From: Eledone cirrhosa
Taxonomy: Eukaryota
DNA length: 64,000 bases
Direction of reading: 5' to 3'
Assembly (NCBI GenBank): GCA_964016885.1
Contig: OZ024742.1
Location: forward strand, 321,780,001 to 321,844,000
Part shown: piece by piece, positions 27,395 to 41,466 of the stretch
Layout of the letters: each line of letters starts with the position of its first letter
Numbering within the stretch: position 1 is the first letter of the stretch
The notes under the pieces: model-generated
What the model was told of the DNA's origin: nothing
The model's database searches: none
Seen by the model: the letters and a program-made list of their open reading frames with translations, nothing else
Position numbers and translations under genes: made by a program

Positions 27395-27441
<47 letters not shown>
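26789..27441. repeat. Long (TG)n/(TCTG)n microsatellite
   Basis: Direct reading. Confidence 0.95.
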
Positions 27442-27443
<2 letters not shown>

Positions 27444-27737
27444 AGTCTCAATTTTCTCGTCGCAACATGTTTCTCACTTTCTTTCCTAGAATGGAATTAG
27501 AATATTATGTGAATATGTATATACATACATTCCCACCCACTTGTATAAACATACATGCGTATATAGATATGTAAAGGAATGAGTGTGTATATAAAGCTGC
27601 CATAAATACATACAGAAACATACACATAGATAAGCGTGCGCTCTCATAGTCATGCGCACAAGTATCTATCTATCTATATACCTACAAACACACACACAAA
27701 CACGCACATACACGCACACACACACACATACACACAC

Positions 27738-27844
<107 letters not shown>

Positions 27845-27917
27845 CATACATACATATATATATATATGTGTGTGTATATATATATATATATATATACACA
27901 CACATATATACATACAC

Positions 27918-27956
<39 letters not shown>

Positions 27957-28107
27957 ATACGATGTGTTATGTCTTGATTATGTTTAATGAGTAGTGACGC
28001 GTGTTTCGCTATTGATCAGCCCAATGTTCGATCTGTATCGATCTAGCCCGACTCAAGAATCAAAAGCTCGTCGGACTGCTGCTGTAGTAATGATAGATCG
28101 TCCTTTA

Positions 28108-28300
28108 TGGAGGATTGGCAGTATCGGTAGAGGGTCGGACGCCATGCTTTCCACCAGAGTTACGTCTCTTTACGGTCTGAGTTCAAATCCCGCCGCGGTT
28201 AATTTTTCCTTTCATCCTTACGGGGTCGATAAAATAAAGTACCAGTAATGTACTGGTTAATTGCGGGCCTTATGCCAAAAGTAGAAACAATTATTATTAT
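28108..28300 (+). mobile_element. tRNA-derived SINE, family 1 (Nin/Deu-domain-like core)
   Basis: A-box TGGCAGTATCGG, B-box GAGTTCAAATC, core CCTTTCATCCTTACGGGGTCGATAAAATAAAGTACCAG, (ATT)n tail. Confidence 0.8.
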
Positions 28301-28357
28301 AATTACACTCTGCTTAGTTGTACACCTCCATACCGACTAGAAACTACGCATTGAGTG

Positions 28358-28429
<72 letters not shown>

Positions 28430-28430
<1 letters not shown>

Positions 28431-29275
28431 ATTGGATTGATTGGGTCAGTTTGTGAGATGTCATCCTTATGTACCCACATGTGCCTTTTAAAACTAGAAA
28501 TTGATTTGCAGAGTTATTTGCACACCACACTTGTTATCTCCCCTAGTATTGGAGGCATAGAGGTGCATACAGTTGGCTTTTCGTGTGATTTTAAATGACT
28601 GATGTACCCAGGTTTTTAGAGAGCAGTAGATGATGCCACACCTCACAACTCCAGCTCTCTATGTTCATATTGACACTGTGGGGCAACCACAGCCGAGAGC
28701 AATAGTCCAGTTAGCTGACTATTTCTATGTCTCCGCGCATCTACATACACATGCACCCATGTATATACACATATACATACATATGTACATGTGTATATAC
28801 ATATTTACACACTTTTGGGTGGCCGTTGACTCTTATAAGTTCTTCCGCCCTTTGTCAGGTTTTATTTTTGTCCTGCAGGGTGTCCAAAATCACATACATA
28901 CATACATACATACATACATACATACATACATACATACATACATACATACATACATACATACATACATACATGGTGGCTGCCAACTCGTTTTCGAGTACGG
29001 CCACTACTTTATATCCATGTGAGAACACCTACCGATGCTCTGAACGAGTGTGACTTTTTAGTCCAGCCAGCGACTTGAAAACTCTGGTACAAACATTACA
29101 CTTGTGACAATTATTGACACATAGTGCTGGGCCCATGGTACCATGTGACGACAAGTGCAGGGTGATCTCCAGATATAAAGCAATGCCTGTGCCGTGAAGC
29201 TTTTATAGTGAGCAAAGGCACTGCACAAAGCCAGTCCCACTCTCTTAACCAAGATGATTTTTACCAAAAAGAACA
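28430..29275 (-). mobile_element. Composite RTE-derived non-autonomous element (UTR-like body + (TATG)n + zinc-finger remnant)
   Basis: Reverse complement of 50500-51145 and 48025-48413, with shared junctions. Confidence 0.7.
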
Positions 29276-29429
29276 TATATACATACATACATTCGTGTGT
29301 TTTATATTGGCAGCCTGTCCCTTCCCAAGTATGACTATATATTTATATGCGTCTGTGTATATGTGTATATGTGTATATGTGTATGTGTGTGTATATGTGC
29401 GTGTGCGTGCGTGTGTGTGTGTGTTCATC

Positions 29430-29965
29430 ATTCTCTTTTCCACTTCTTTCGTTATCTCTATCTACCTTTATTTCTAAAATCCTTTTCCCCTCCTCTTTTT
29501 TCTCTACTTCTCCCTCTTTATCTTCCCTTCAATCTTCCCTTCACTCTCTCTCTCTCTTTCTTCTCTTTCTCTCTTTTCTCTCTCCCTTCCCTCTCCCTCT
29601 TCTCCTTCTCCCCTCTAAACTATTCCCTCCCCTTCTCTCTCTCCCCTTCTCTCTCTCCCCTCTTCTCTCTCTTCACCTTCTCTCCCTACTCTCTCTCTCC
29701 CCTCTCACCCCTTCTCTATCCCCTTCTATCTTATACTTCTCTCCATTCTTTCTTCTCCCTCTCCCCCATTCTCTGTCTCCTCTCTCTCTTCACCTTATCT
29801 GCCCTACTCTCTCTTTCCCCTCTACGCATTCTCAGTCTCCCTTCTCTCTTTCCTCCTTCTCCCCCTTTCCCCCATTCTTTCTCCCCTTCTGCCTCCCCCT
29901 CTCTCTATCTCTCTCTCTCTCTCTCTCTTCCCTCACTCCTACCTTCCCTATCTCTTTCCCTATCT
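29430..29965. repeat. Polypyrimidine (CT-rich) low-complexity tract
   Basis: Direct reading. Confidence 0.85.
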
Positions 29966-30280
29966 ATTAACCTAACCACTTGACTCACCTTCCCCACATC
30001 AATTGATTTCGGTGGGGTGGAGCAGGAAAAGGTGGGAGGTGCCCGTCCATGAAATAGTTCAGCGGAGAAGCATATATAAAGCAGAGAACCTACAACAATC
30101 AATAGAAGATCAATACAGGAAATAATCAATAAATGGGGACTTCCTAAATTGCTATAAATGTCAATAGTGTGAGTCTGTATGTAAACATTCTCTCGTGGGG
30201 ACTTCCCCCACCACAGAAAAAAGCACGCAATTCTAAATAGTATGCCCTCAACCAAACGGAATTAATGATCATACAAAGTC

Positions 30281-30313
<33 letters not shown>

Positions 30314-30452
30314 AGTGTGTATATATGTATCCATATATGCTCACACATATATAATATATAAATATGCGCAAAGGTGATTAATTCATACAGACTTATATAT
30401 AACCCGCCCCCACACACACACACACGTACTCACACTCACACACACACGCGCG

Positions 30453-30493
<41 letters not shown>

Positions 30494-30500
30494 TATATAT

Positions 30501-30689
30501 AATTGTTTCTACGTTAGGCACAAGGCCAGCTAATACCCAGTGCATTACTGGTACTTTATTTTATCGACCCCGTAAGGATGAAAGGCAAAGTCAACCTCGG
30601 CGGGATTTGAACTCAGATCGTAAAGGGACGTAACTATGCTGGAAAGCATGGCGTCCGACCTTCTACCGATACTGCCAATCCACCGCCCT
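30501..30689 (-). mobile_element. tRNA-derived SINE, family 1
   Basis: Reverse-complement match to 28108-28300. Confidence 0.8.
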
Positions 30690-30758
30690 ACATCCACCAT
30701 AATATATATATATAATATATATATATATTATATATAATTTATTATATATATATATTAT

Positions 30759-30800
<42 letters not shown>

Positions 30801-30892
30801 ATATATGTATATATATATGTATATATATATATATATATGATATATATATATATATATTATATATATATATATATGTATATATATATGTATAT

Positions 30893-30925
<33 letters not shown>

Positions 30926-31070
30926 TGTTATACTTTGGGAGGGTCATGTTGCCAATAAGAAACACACGCACCAGTTGCTTTCACTTCAATTTATTATATA
31001 TTTATAAATTTACAAAATTATAAATTTCTGGTGGTTGGTTGGTTCCACAACCAGATAGTTGTTTATATAT

Positions 31071-31115
31071 AGTCATAGTTCTTTCGTCACACACTCTGTG
31101 ACCTCTTCAGTGACT
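31071..31115 (-). ncRNA. Minimal type I hammerhead ribozyme with intact core; the mirror copy at 33777-33821 has CTAAAGA
   Basis: agtca CTGAAGA g gtcaca..tgtgac GAAA gaac TA tgact. Confidence 0.78.
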
Positions 31116-31315
31116 GGGGATTCCTTTCTTTGTTTCTGTGCCTCTCCTTTGTTCTGTCCTACGCCATTTTGTTTCTGTGTGTGTGTTGTGTGCTCAGTCT
31201 GCGCATGCGCCACATCCGGGTGTCTGTGTGTGTTTATGTTCATTTATCTATTTGTTTATTTACATGTTACTGTTTGCTTATTTGTTCTATGTGTGTGTGT
31301 GTTTTCATTTTGTCC

Positions 31316-33140
31316 TTAATTGTAAGTTATGATGTTGCTGTTCCACTCATATTTTCTATTTAATTTTGGTTGTAATTCTTTTATGTTTATTGCCTCTGTA
31401 ATTTGTCTAAACATTGCGTCTTTTCTGTGTGTAGATTCTATTTTTATTTCTATGTTCTCTAATTTACCCTTGTGTTCTATCTTAGCATGTTGGTAGAGTA
31501 CAGATGATTCTTTATTATCTTGAAGGTCTCGCCAGTGTTCATTTATCCGTTCCGCTACACTACGAGCTGTCTCACCTATGTACACTATATTTTTGTTTCT
31601 ACATTATCCTTCAGTACATCTTATGCTATACACTACATTTCTAGTTTTACAGTTAATATGGGGGCTTATTTTACAGGTTACACATTTCTTATCTATACAT
31701 GAGGGTCTTTGAAAAGGGTATGTCTTGCTAATAAGTGTTTTTACGGAGGTACCTGGTCTTTCTACTATCTTAATATTGAGTTTATGTTTATTTAGGGCCC
31801 TTCTAAATTTGTAAGCTAGTTCACCTCTAGGGGTTGTATCGATGAACATTTCACTCTGGTATTTATTGCTATCATACCATGAGTTTATTCTATTAGCCTT
31901 GTTCCTAGTTCTTTCTATTCTATTCCAAAATTTGCTCCTATACAAGGGGCAGGTCCCATTTATGTCATTATTTACCATTTTTTCCCATTTGGTTCTGGCT
32001 CCTCTATACACTCTGATTCTATCTCTCTGATTGTAGCCAGAGAACTGCATACGGTGGATGAAGTGTTGTATGTGTCTCTCTAGTTCTTCGGGGTTGCACA
32101 TGCGGGACACATTTCTCATCACCCGTACCAAATCCGCAATCAGTATGTTGATTTTGGTATGGTCCGAAATGGCCGAGTTTCGGTGGATCAGATGTTTGGA
32201 AGTCATGGGTTTGGCATAATGGGAATGGAGGATTTGTTTTTTGTTGTTAATGGTATCTAACCAGAGCTCTGTGTCTAGTACAGGTAATCGATGGTTGGGG
32301 TGTTTACTTGGGTAGTCTGTAGTAACTCTAATGCTCTGGTGGATGGAGTTTGCTATTTGCTGGATGCTTTCCATTGTGTTTTTCTCTAGTTCCTGACTGT
32401 TCTCTAGTGGGGGTGTCTTAACTACGATGTTTATATCATCTACGTAGCGGGAGTACATTATCAGGGTTAAGGGGTCTTCTAATTGTTCTTTAAGTTTAAG
32501 TTTAAGTCTACTGTCCCACCATACCATGAATAAGTTAGCTATGTCGCCTGAAATGCTAACACCAATGGCTGCTCCTTCCTCTTGGGCATATGTTTTTCCA
32601 TTATATTTGAACATATGTTCCCTAAGGGTTAGTTTTATGCTGCATGTGCAATCATTTTCTTCAGTTCATCGTGGTTTTCGGGTGTCCGTATGGCTCTGGT
32701 CCACCCGTTCCATCTATCTGTGTGGGTTTTCTTGGCCATTGAGGTAATGGTAGGTGGTCTGCCTCTTGCTGGTCTTGTAGGGCACAGGTTGCTAAGGTCA
32801 TAAGTGTCTAGGTAACTATTACTATAGGTAAGCTTAAGTAGGAGTCCCACCTCACTGGTATCAATCCCACGGAACTCAACCTTGCTCTCACTGATCATTT
32901 CTACGCATTTCTCCACAGCAAAATCTACGTCAATAGATGGATACAGGGACACAACATCCATACTGCCTATTATGCAGTTTGTTAGGTCCCCAGATCGGTT
33001 ACTCACGCCGATTCTGCTGAGGAGGTCCTCCGTGCTGTCACATACATCTGGGGACATTTCAATGATGGGGCGTATGATCAGGGAGAGGAAGTAGGACAGT
33101 CTGTAGTTACTAGCAATGTTAGCTCCACAGACTGGCCGGG
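31316..33140 (-). pseudogene. PLE RT-GIY-YIG ORF (5'-truncated, one frameshift at about 32630, premature TAA at 31604)
   Basis: TRPV, GSMDVVSLYPSID, QEEGAAIG, RYVDD, LPVLD, YAKP, FSGY; EN motif VVYSIRC..YIGETAR..ERINEH..H...H..RQITEA..LN. Confidence 0.9.
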
Positions 33141-34025
33141 TACCTCCGTAAAAACACTTATTAGCAAGACATACCCTTTTCAAAGACCCTCATGTATAGA
33201 TAAGAAATGTGTAACCTGTAAAATAAGCCCCCATATTAACTGTAAAACTAGAAATGTAGTGTATAGCATAAGATGTACTGAAGGACAATGTAGAGACAAA
33301 AATATAGTGTACATAGGTGAGACAGCTCGTAGTGTAGGGGAACGGATAAATGAACACTGGCGAGACCTTCAAGATAATAAAGAATCATCTGTACTCTACC
33401 AACATGCTAAGATAGAACACAAGGGTAAATTAGAGAACATAGAAATAAAAATAGAATCTACACACAGAAAAGACGCAATGTTTAGACAAATTACAGAGGC
33501 AATAAACATAAAAGAATTACAACCAAAATTAAATAGAAAATATGAGTGGAACAGCAACATCACAACTTACAATTAAGGACAAAATGAAAACACACACACA
33601 CATAGAACAAATAAGCAACCAGTAACATGTAAATAAACAAATAGATAAATGAACATAAACACACACAGACACCCGGATGTGGCGCATGCGCAGACTGAGC
33701 ACACAACACACACACAGAAACAAAATGGCGTAGGACAGAACAAAGGAGAGGCACAGAAACAAAGAAAGGAATCCCCAGTCACTAAAGAGGTCACAGAGTG
33801 TGTGGCGAAAGAACTATGACTATATATAAACAACTATCTGGTTGTGGAACCAACCAACCAACCAGAAATTTATAAATTTGTAAATTTATAAATATATAAT
33901 AAATTGAAGTGAAAGCAACTGGTGCGTGTGTTTCTTATTGGTAACATGACCCTCCCAAAGTATAACAATATCGGTTTCAACACACGATTTCAGATAAAGA
34001 ATCTTGCTAAACAAATTCAGAAACG

Positions 34026-34061
<36 letters not shown>

Positions 34062-34779
34062 GTGGATGGATACTTCAACAGGTACAATGTACTTGTAGAA
34101 ATATTCAAGTTGTTTATAATACATGTGGTTCAATGGCACTAATTCGAGATACCAGAACAATATAAGATAAACGAAGCAAGCGGTTATTAAACAATTTTCT
34201 AAATAAATTAAAAGATGATTAAATAATCACCTGTTCAGACGCTGTTACCGACGGTTTCATCATTCCGAAAGATTGAAAATCCAACGAATTTCCAATGGAA
34301 AGAAATGAATTTTCAGACAGCCCTATTTCCACGCCATAAGGTATCAAGCCTTATAGCAAGTAAATATTATGCTCCCTGCCCAACGCATGCGGTCAAGCCG
34401 TTAAAATGACACACACGCATAATCAGGTCGCTGATAAAAGCTGGATATTATAAACATGTCGAATTGCCACTAAAATTAGCAGCATTATTCAACGTTTTGT
34501 TCTCTACATAAGGAGAATAATTATGGAAGAGAGAGAGAGAGAAATTATAAACTTTCACCGTATTTTAGATGAGTGTTGCCGTACATGTACGGCAACACTC
34601 ATCTTTTTCCATTTCTCCGAGGGTTATAAACCCCACTATCAGGCTAGAAATTTCTTTAGTCTAAAATACGGTGAACGCTTATAATTTCTATATATATATA
34701 TATTTCACTGAGGAACTGGAATCATATGAATTTAAACAAACGAATTTCAGCGTCAAAGGACATCCTCTTCTCCTATTGG

Positions 34780-34834
34780 ACTGCCTGAAGAGGTCACAGC
34801 CAAAGATGGCTGTCACCGAAATATATATAGCAGT
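34780..34834 (+). ncRNA. Hammerhead ribozyme motif in a solo pseudo-LTR
   Basis: actgc CTGAAGA ggtcacagcca aaga tggctgtcacc GAAA tatata TA gcagt; near-identical copy at 44852-44906. Confidence 0.82.
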
Positions 34835-34976
34835 AATAAACGAAGCCAAATTTTAAATATTTGACTTATTTATTTTAGTTTATTTTACATTACTCCGGAG
34901 TAACCAAACCAAATGCGCACTTCGTCGAGTGCACCAATCTGCATACTTAGGTGTTGGTATACAACCAACATATACT

Positions 34977-35074
<98 letters not shown>

Positions 35075-35489
35075 GTGTGTGTGTGTATATATATATATAT
35101 ATGTATGGACGAGTTCTCTCCACCGGTCTCTGCCATCATCGCCACTATGAAGGAGGATACATCATTGTCTATTGTTTACTGAATGAATTATTTACTTATT
35201 TATTTTTGTACATTCCTGGGGTGGTGGTAACGAGGAGGTCAATGGTCTAAACTGTTTGTGGATCCCTAAATAATTTCCTAAGCCAAGACATGCATGATAG
35301 TTTGCCCCAAATCCGGAGGTTATCGTGGTTTTTATTGGTGTTAAGCGATTGGAACTAAAATACTTCTAGATGGAGAGGGCGCCAGTCCATTGCTTGATTA
35401 ACCTCCAGCTACTGTTCTGGTATTCATTTTCAGTTGAGTTGACTGGAGCAAGGTGAAATGAAGTGTTTTGCTCACTCAAGAACACAATG

Positions 35490-36906
35490 TGACCCCAAAT
35501 GCACCGAATTTTTTTACTTGAAACACTACTATAATGGGACTCAAAGAAACAGGTCCAGGAACAATTTCATGTATTTTTTGGAACAGACAAATCTGCCTTC
35601 CAAGTTAATATACAAAACTGTGTGAAGAAGTTTTAGATCTGTGGGACAATGGAGAGCCTTAATACAATGTTTGAGGTCCGTCTTACTGAATCTGGACAAC
35701 ACAGGAAGCATACACAGAAAATTATTGACATGGTCCGAGAGTCTGTTGAATTGGGCCCAAAACAATCGTTGGCAGGAGAAGCCAATACTTGGGTCTCTCC
35801 ATGGAAACCTGCAAAAGGTTTGTCAAAGAAGTTAAGAAGCATCCCTACAGAATACAGATTACAAAAGATTGTGATAATCAAGAGAAAGGGTATGGCTGAG
35901 AAAATTCTAAAGAAAATAGAAAAAATAACACAAAGTTTCAGAATCTGCTGTGGACCTCTGATGAAACCTACTTTCACTTGGAGAAGAAGATCAGCTCTAA
36001 GAACAATGTGTTCTGGGAGTCAGAGAAACTCAATGAAGCGGCTGTGGCACCTCTCCACCCGGCTAAATGTACCGTATGTCTCTTCTATTTCTAAGAGAGG
36101 CTTGATAGGCCCATTCTTCTTCGGAGAAAATAATTGTTTCTACTTTTGGCACAAGGCCAGCAATTATCCCAGTGTATTAGTGGTACTTTATTTTATCGAC
36201 CCCGTAAGGATGAAAGGCAAAGTTAACCTCGGCGGAATTTGAACTCAGGCCGTAAAGGGACTTAACTATCCTGGAAAGCATGGTGTCCTACACTCTACCG
36301 ATACTGCCAATCCACTACTGCTTCAGTCACAAAGTAACACTATGTGGTGGTCCTAAAATACTTCAAAATGGAGCGACAGACCATATACCCATCTCCAATG
36401 AATAAGTTCTGGCTCCAACATAACGGAATAAGCCCGCATACCTCCAGTGAATTGAATTGTGAGAATGACTGAAAATAACGTTGGAAATCGTATGATCAGT
36501 TTGAAAACTGATTTTGAGTGATCCCCACTTAGCCCTGATTTAAGCCCTCCGGATTTCTTTCTTTTGAGCTATCTGAATGATAGAGTATTTGTCAACAAGC
36601 CCAGGACCATCACTGAACTAAAGAAAAACACCAGTGATCAGGGAGGAGATCAGAGCCATCTCTATATCTGTTTGTAAAGACGTTATGCTAAACTTCTCCA
36701 TGCGCCCCCAAAATGCATGGATTCAAGTGGGGATCACGGGGAACATGCTCTGTAACTCTGGACAGAAACATCAGAAGATAGTGGATGTTGTTTTTAATGG
36801 GTTGAACTAAATATATTCGGAGGTTCATTAGTGTTTCACTGATGAATAATGAAATATGAATAATATAGACAAAAATAAAATGGGGCCGTTTTTCCTATTC
36901 ACCCTG
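35490..36906 (+). mobile_element. Decayed Tc1/mariner-superfamily DNA transposon interrupted by a SINE (36131-36319)
   Basis: Frameshifted motifs WTSDETYFHL, PLHPAK, GLIGPFFF, SPDLSPPDFFL..YLNDRVFVNKPRTITELK; right end ...CACCCTG-TA (CAGGGTG-type TIR). Left TIR not found. Confidence 0.8.
36131..36319 (-). mobile_element. tRNA-derived SINE, family 1, nested in the mariner transposase
   Basis: Matches 30501-30689. Confidence 0.8.
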
Positions 36907-36918
36907 TACACACACACT

Positions 36919-37041
<123 letters not shown>

Positions 37042-37190
37042 GTCTCTGTGTGAATTTTGTATATATAAAGATATACAGTATGTTTAATAAATAAACATTT
37101 TGAAAGCCTAGTTACGAATTGTAAAAGGCTGACTGCTAGCACCGTCTAGCGGGTTCCAGCAGAAGCAGCGGGGGACAACTGGCGAAAAAC

Positions 37191-37338
<148 letters not shown>

Positions 37339-37406
37339 AACCTCACGATTGCAAATCCAGTTCTCTAACCTATCAGCCATACGCCTTCACACACACGCAT
37401 ACACAC

Positions 37407-37900
<494 letters not shown>

Positions 37901-38003
37901 ACCAAATACAAACACACACACATAAATATATATACACATACACACACACACAAAAAAACCCAAACACAGAAATACAAACACACATACAAAAACGTATATA
38001 TAC

Positions 38004-38129
<126 letters not shown>

Positions 38130-38133
38130 TGAG

Positions 38134-38166
<33 letters not shown>

Positions 38167-38168
38167 TA

Positions 38169-39700
38169 GGAAAAAGCCTGACCCTACGGCAGAGCTCAAG
38201 CCTTTTCTGACACACAAAACCATTATATAAAAAATTAATATCTAAAAATAAAAAAAATGTTGGTATGTGAAGGGTAAGGCAAAAAAATAGGGGGAAAAGG
38301 ATGGGGGAAAATGACATAGGAAAAGGTTAAATATAAGGGGAGATAAGGGAGAAAGAGAATACAAGAGTACAGAACGTGGATTCAGCAGTTAAAAAAAGCG
38401 TAGTAGAAGTAAAGAGCAGAGAAGGAGTTCAAGGCGGTTGAGTTATCATAGGAATGTCAATCCAGTTACAGATCAGATGTAATTTCAGATGAGGACAACA
38501 TCTGAAGATCTCGGTCTTTGTGTTCAGGCAAGCAGAAGTGGCTTTCAAGTTTAGCAAAATCCTATATTTTTCTGTGGTACACAAAGAACAATTCTTTGTG
38601 CCCCTTTGGGACTCCCTCGAATGGTCTAAAATAGACCAATCGATAGAGTACAGGATGTTATTATCCTTGAATTCCCACACCTTACTTGCGAGGGCCGTTG
38701 TTGTTCGTTTATCGGAGTGCTTAAAAGAAGCGACATGTGAGTAAAACCTGGTTTTAAACCTGTCCTGGGTCATGCCGACATATCGCTCACTCCTGGCTGG
38801 CTGGTTGTTGATTAAAGGTGTTATTTTAGACTCATAAACAACAGATTTGGTGTTACATTTGCCCTGCAATGGACATTCATCCTGCTTCCTGCAACTGCAT
38901 CCTGGATATCTTATAATATCTATCATTAGGAGGAAAATGTTTATCTAAGAGTTCAAGGAATTTCCTTCCTACATTAGCTTTGACAGTTAGAGAGAAGGGG
39001 GGGTGAACCAAATAATTTTCCTTTTCCTGTTATTGTGGTTAGTTTTAGGGGGGGTAGGTAAATAAAAAAATTTCTGTAAAACCGCTGTTCTTAAGGGCTT
39101 TATTATAATAAGGGGCGGCTTTATTAAAAATGTCTAGAAACGAAGATAAGGTAGAAATCCTACGGCTAATGTTGGGAATAAGATTATTAAAAACTATAGG
39201 GAAATGGCAAGATTTTCATTAGGCTTATGATAAGGTTTAAAAGAGGCGGTAAGTAGATCAAGATTAATATCAAGAAAGTTAGCATTGGTAAGGTTCGTAT
39301 CTATAGTGATTTTAAGGTTAAGATTAGCAAAAGTATTGATTAAATCTTTACGGAATTTATCAAGGTTATGGCCGTTGGTGGTATGAGAAACTGCCAATCC
39401 GTCATCACGGTATAAACCGATATTATGGGAAGGAAATTTCTCTTTGAGGGTGTGGAGAAGGAATAATCCTACTAAGTCACATACATCCGCACTGTCATAT
39501 GAACCCAATGCAACATCAAAAGAGTTTTAAGGGTTTGACTTTTTAACCCAAATATTTTCATTAGTAAAGAGTAAAGTTTTTCTAGCATGAAAGATAATGT
39601 CTTCTTCTAATTTAGAAATATTAATGAAGGGTCTTGCAAAATCTAATGAGGAAACAGTAATAGAGGGGTAAAAATCAACAATATCAAATTGGGTAACTCA
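38169..39700 (-). mobile_element. Hydra-like PLE (RT + GIY-YIG), 5'-truncated and disrupted, ending in the shared GGAAAAAG terminus
   Basis: FDIVDFYPSI, GSYDSADVCDLVGL, GLYRDDGL, NFLDINLDL, KIIWFTPPFS, CSCRKQDECPLQGKC..VVY..YVG..FKTRFYSH..CSLC..EK..CCPH; 38169-38210 matches the MITE arm at 23.2 kb. Confidence 0.88.
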
Positions 39701-39733
39701 AGATTCTATAACGCATGCACGCACCCTTCGCCC

Positions 39734-39903
<170 letters not shown>

Positions 39904-39932
39904 TGTGTGTCTGTGTGTGTGTATGTATGTGA

Positions 39933-40153
39933 AGGCGTATGGCTGATTGGTTAGAGTGGTTAGAGAACTGGATTTGCAATCGTGAGGTTGTCAGTTCGAT
40001 CCTGGACCGGGCGATGCGTTATGTCCTTGAGCCAGATACTTCATTTCACGTTGCTCCTTCTACCTGGAGTTGCGACCGATAGATAGCATTAGCAATTGGA
40101 AAGACCAACGGAAACATTGCTTCCTCGGTCCGATTTGACGAAAGTCGATCGAC
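39933..40153 (+). mobile_element. tRNA-derived SINE, family 2
   Basis: A-box-like TGGCTGATTGG, B-box AGTTCGATCC, TGTCCTTGAGC core; inverted copy at 43100-43311. Confidence 0.75.
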
Positions 40154-40160
40154 GAAAAAA

Positions 40161-40194
<34 letters not shown>

Positions 40195-40525
40195 TTAGTA
40201 AATCGTATACACTACTTTATTCGATATAAATGATATCAATTATAAAATGATAATCACATCACCTGACACCATATAAAAATTATACAAGAAACCGGATGGC
40301 CACAGTATTTATTTCTGTTATGTTGCAATGTTTGAATTTTCTTTGCATTGTAATATTTACTATTTAATTTCCGCGTTTCACTTCATAATTACCATGATAC
40401 TTTTTCGTTTAGTGCACGCGTATGGGTTAGTACTTATGGTGTTGGACTCATTGTCTTAAGGCGATCAGTTCGACTCTTGGCCTGGGCAATTCGCTATGTT
40501 CTTGGGCATGACACTTTTTCTTACC

Positions 40526-40885
40526 CAGAGGTTCTCTAACATTTTGGGCCACCACCCTCCTTATAGTCACATAATGCCCACAGCGCCCCAACACTATTTC
40601 CAGAGAGAGCTGCCTCCAGACAAATTGTATATAATATATAATAAATAAAATAAATCGATAATTTATGAACAATAAATTATATAATATATACCATGTATAA
40701 ATAAATATTATATATAACTTGTATCATTTGATATTTAATATACTATTATATCATATATATGAATACTATAATAATATAAATAATAAATTCATAGCGAAAC
40801 CTCGCCCGCCCCCTTAGGCTACGGCGCCCCCTAGACTTTTTCAATACCCCCCCTCGGGGGGTAGCGCCCAATTTGAGAGCTTCTG
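40526..40885. mobile_element. hAT-like MITE nested in a SINE fragment
   Basis: Termini CAGAGGTTCTCTAA ... TTTGAGAGCTTCTG; target-site duplication degenerate. Confidence 0.55.
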
Positions 40886-40984
40886 CCCTAACCCATTCAT
40901 CTGGTAAAAATGAATTGCGACAACATTGGTGTGAAGCTGTAAAGCGTGTTTCGTTTACCTTGGACAATATCATATAAAGTGTAT

Positions 40985-41466
<482 letters not shown>

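Larger units (their letters stand above)
30922..34028 (-). mobile_element. Penelope-like element (RT + C-terminal GIY-YIG) with an inverted duplication of about 830 bp of its 3' end
   Basis: 30922-31753 is the inverse of 33139-33970; embedded in (TA)n on both sides; hammerhead motif in both arms. Confidence 0.92.

Noticed and set aside
35649-36242. 197 aa ORF as a host gene
   Set aside because: Out-of-frame mosaic of a decayed mariner transposase and an inserted SINE.
37100-37190. GC-rich hairpin-like island between microsatellites
   Set aside because: No complete ribozyme core and no second copy in the window; cannot be classified.
39933-40010. tRNA gene
   Set aside because: A/B boxes are present but there is no full cloverleaf, and it continues into a SINE body repeated at 43.1 kb.
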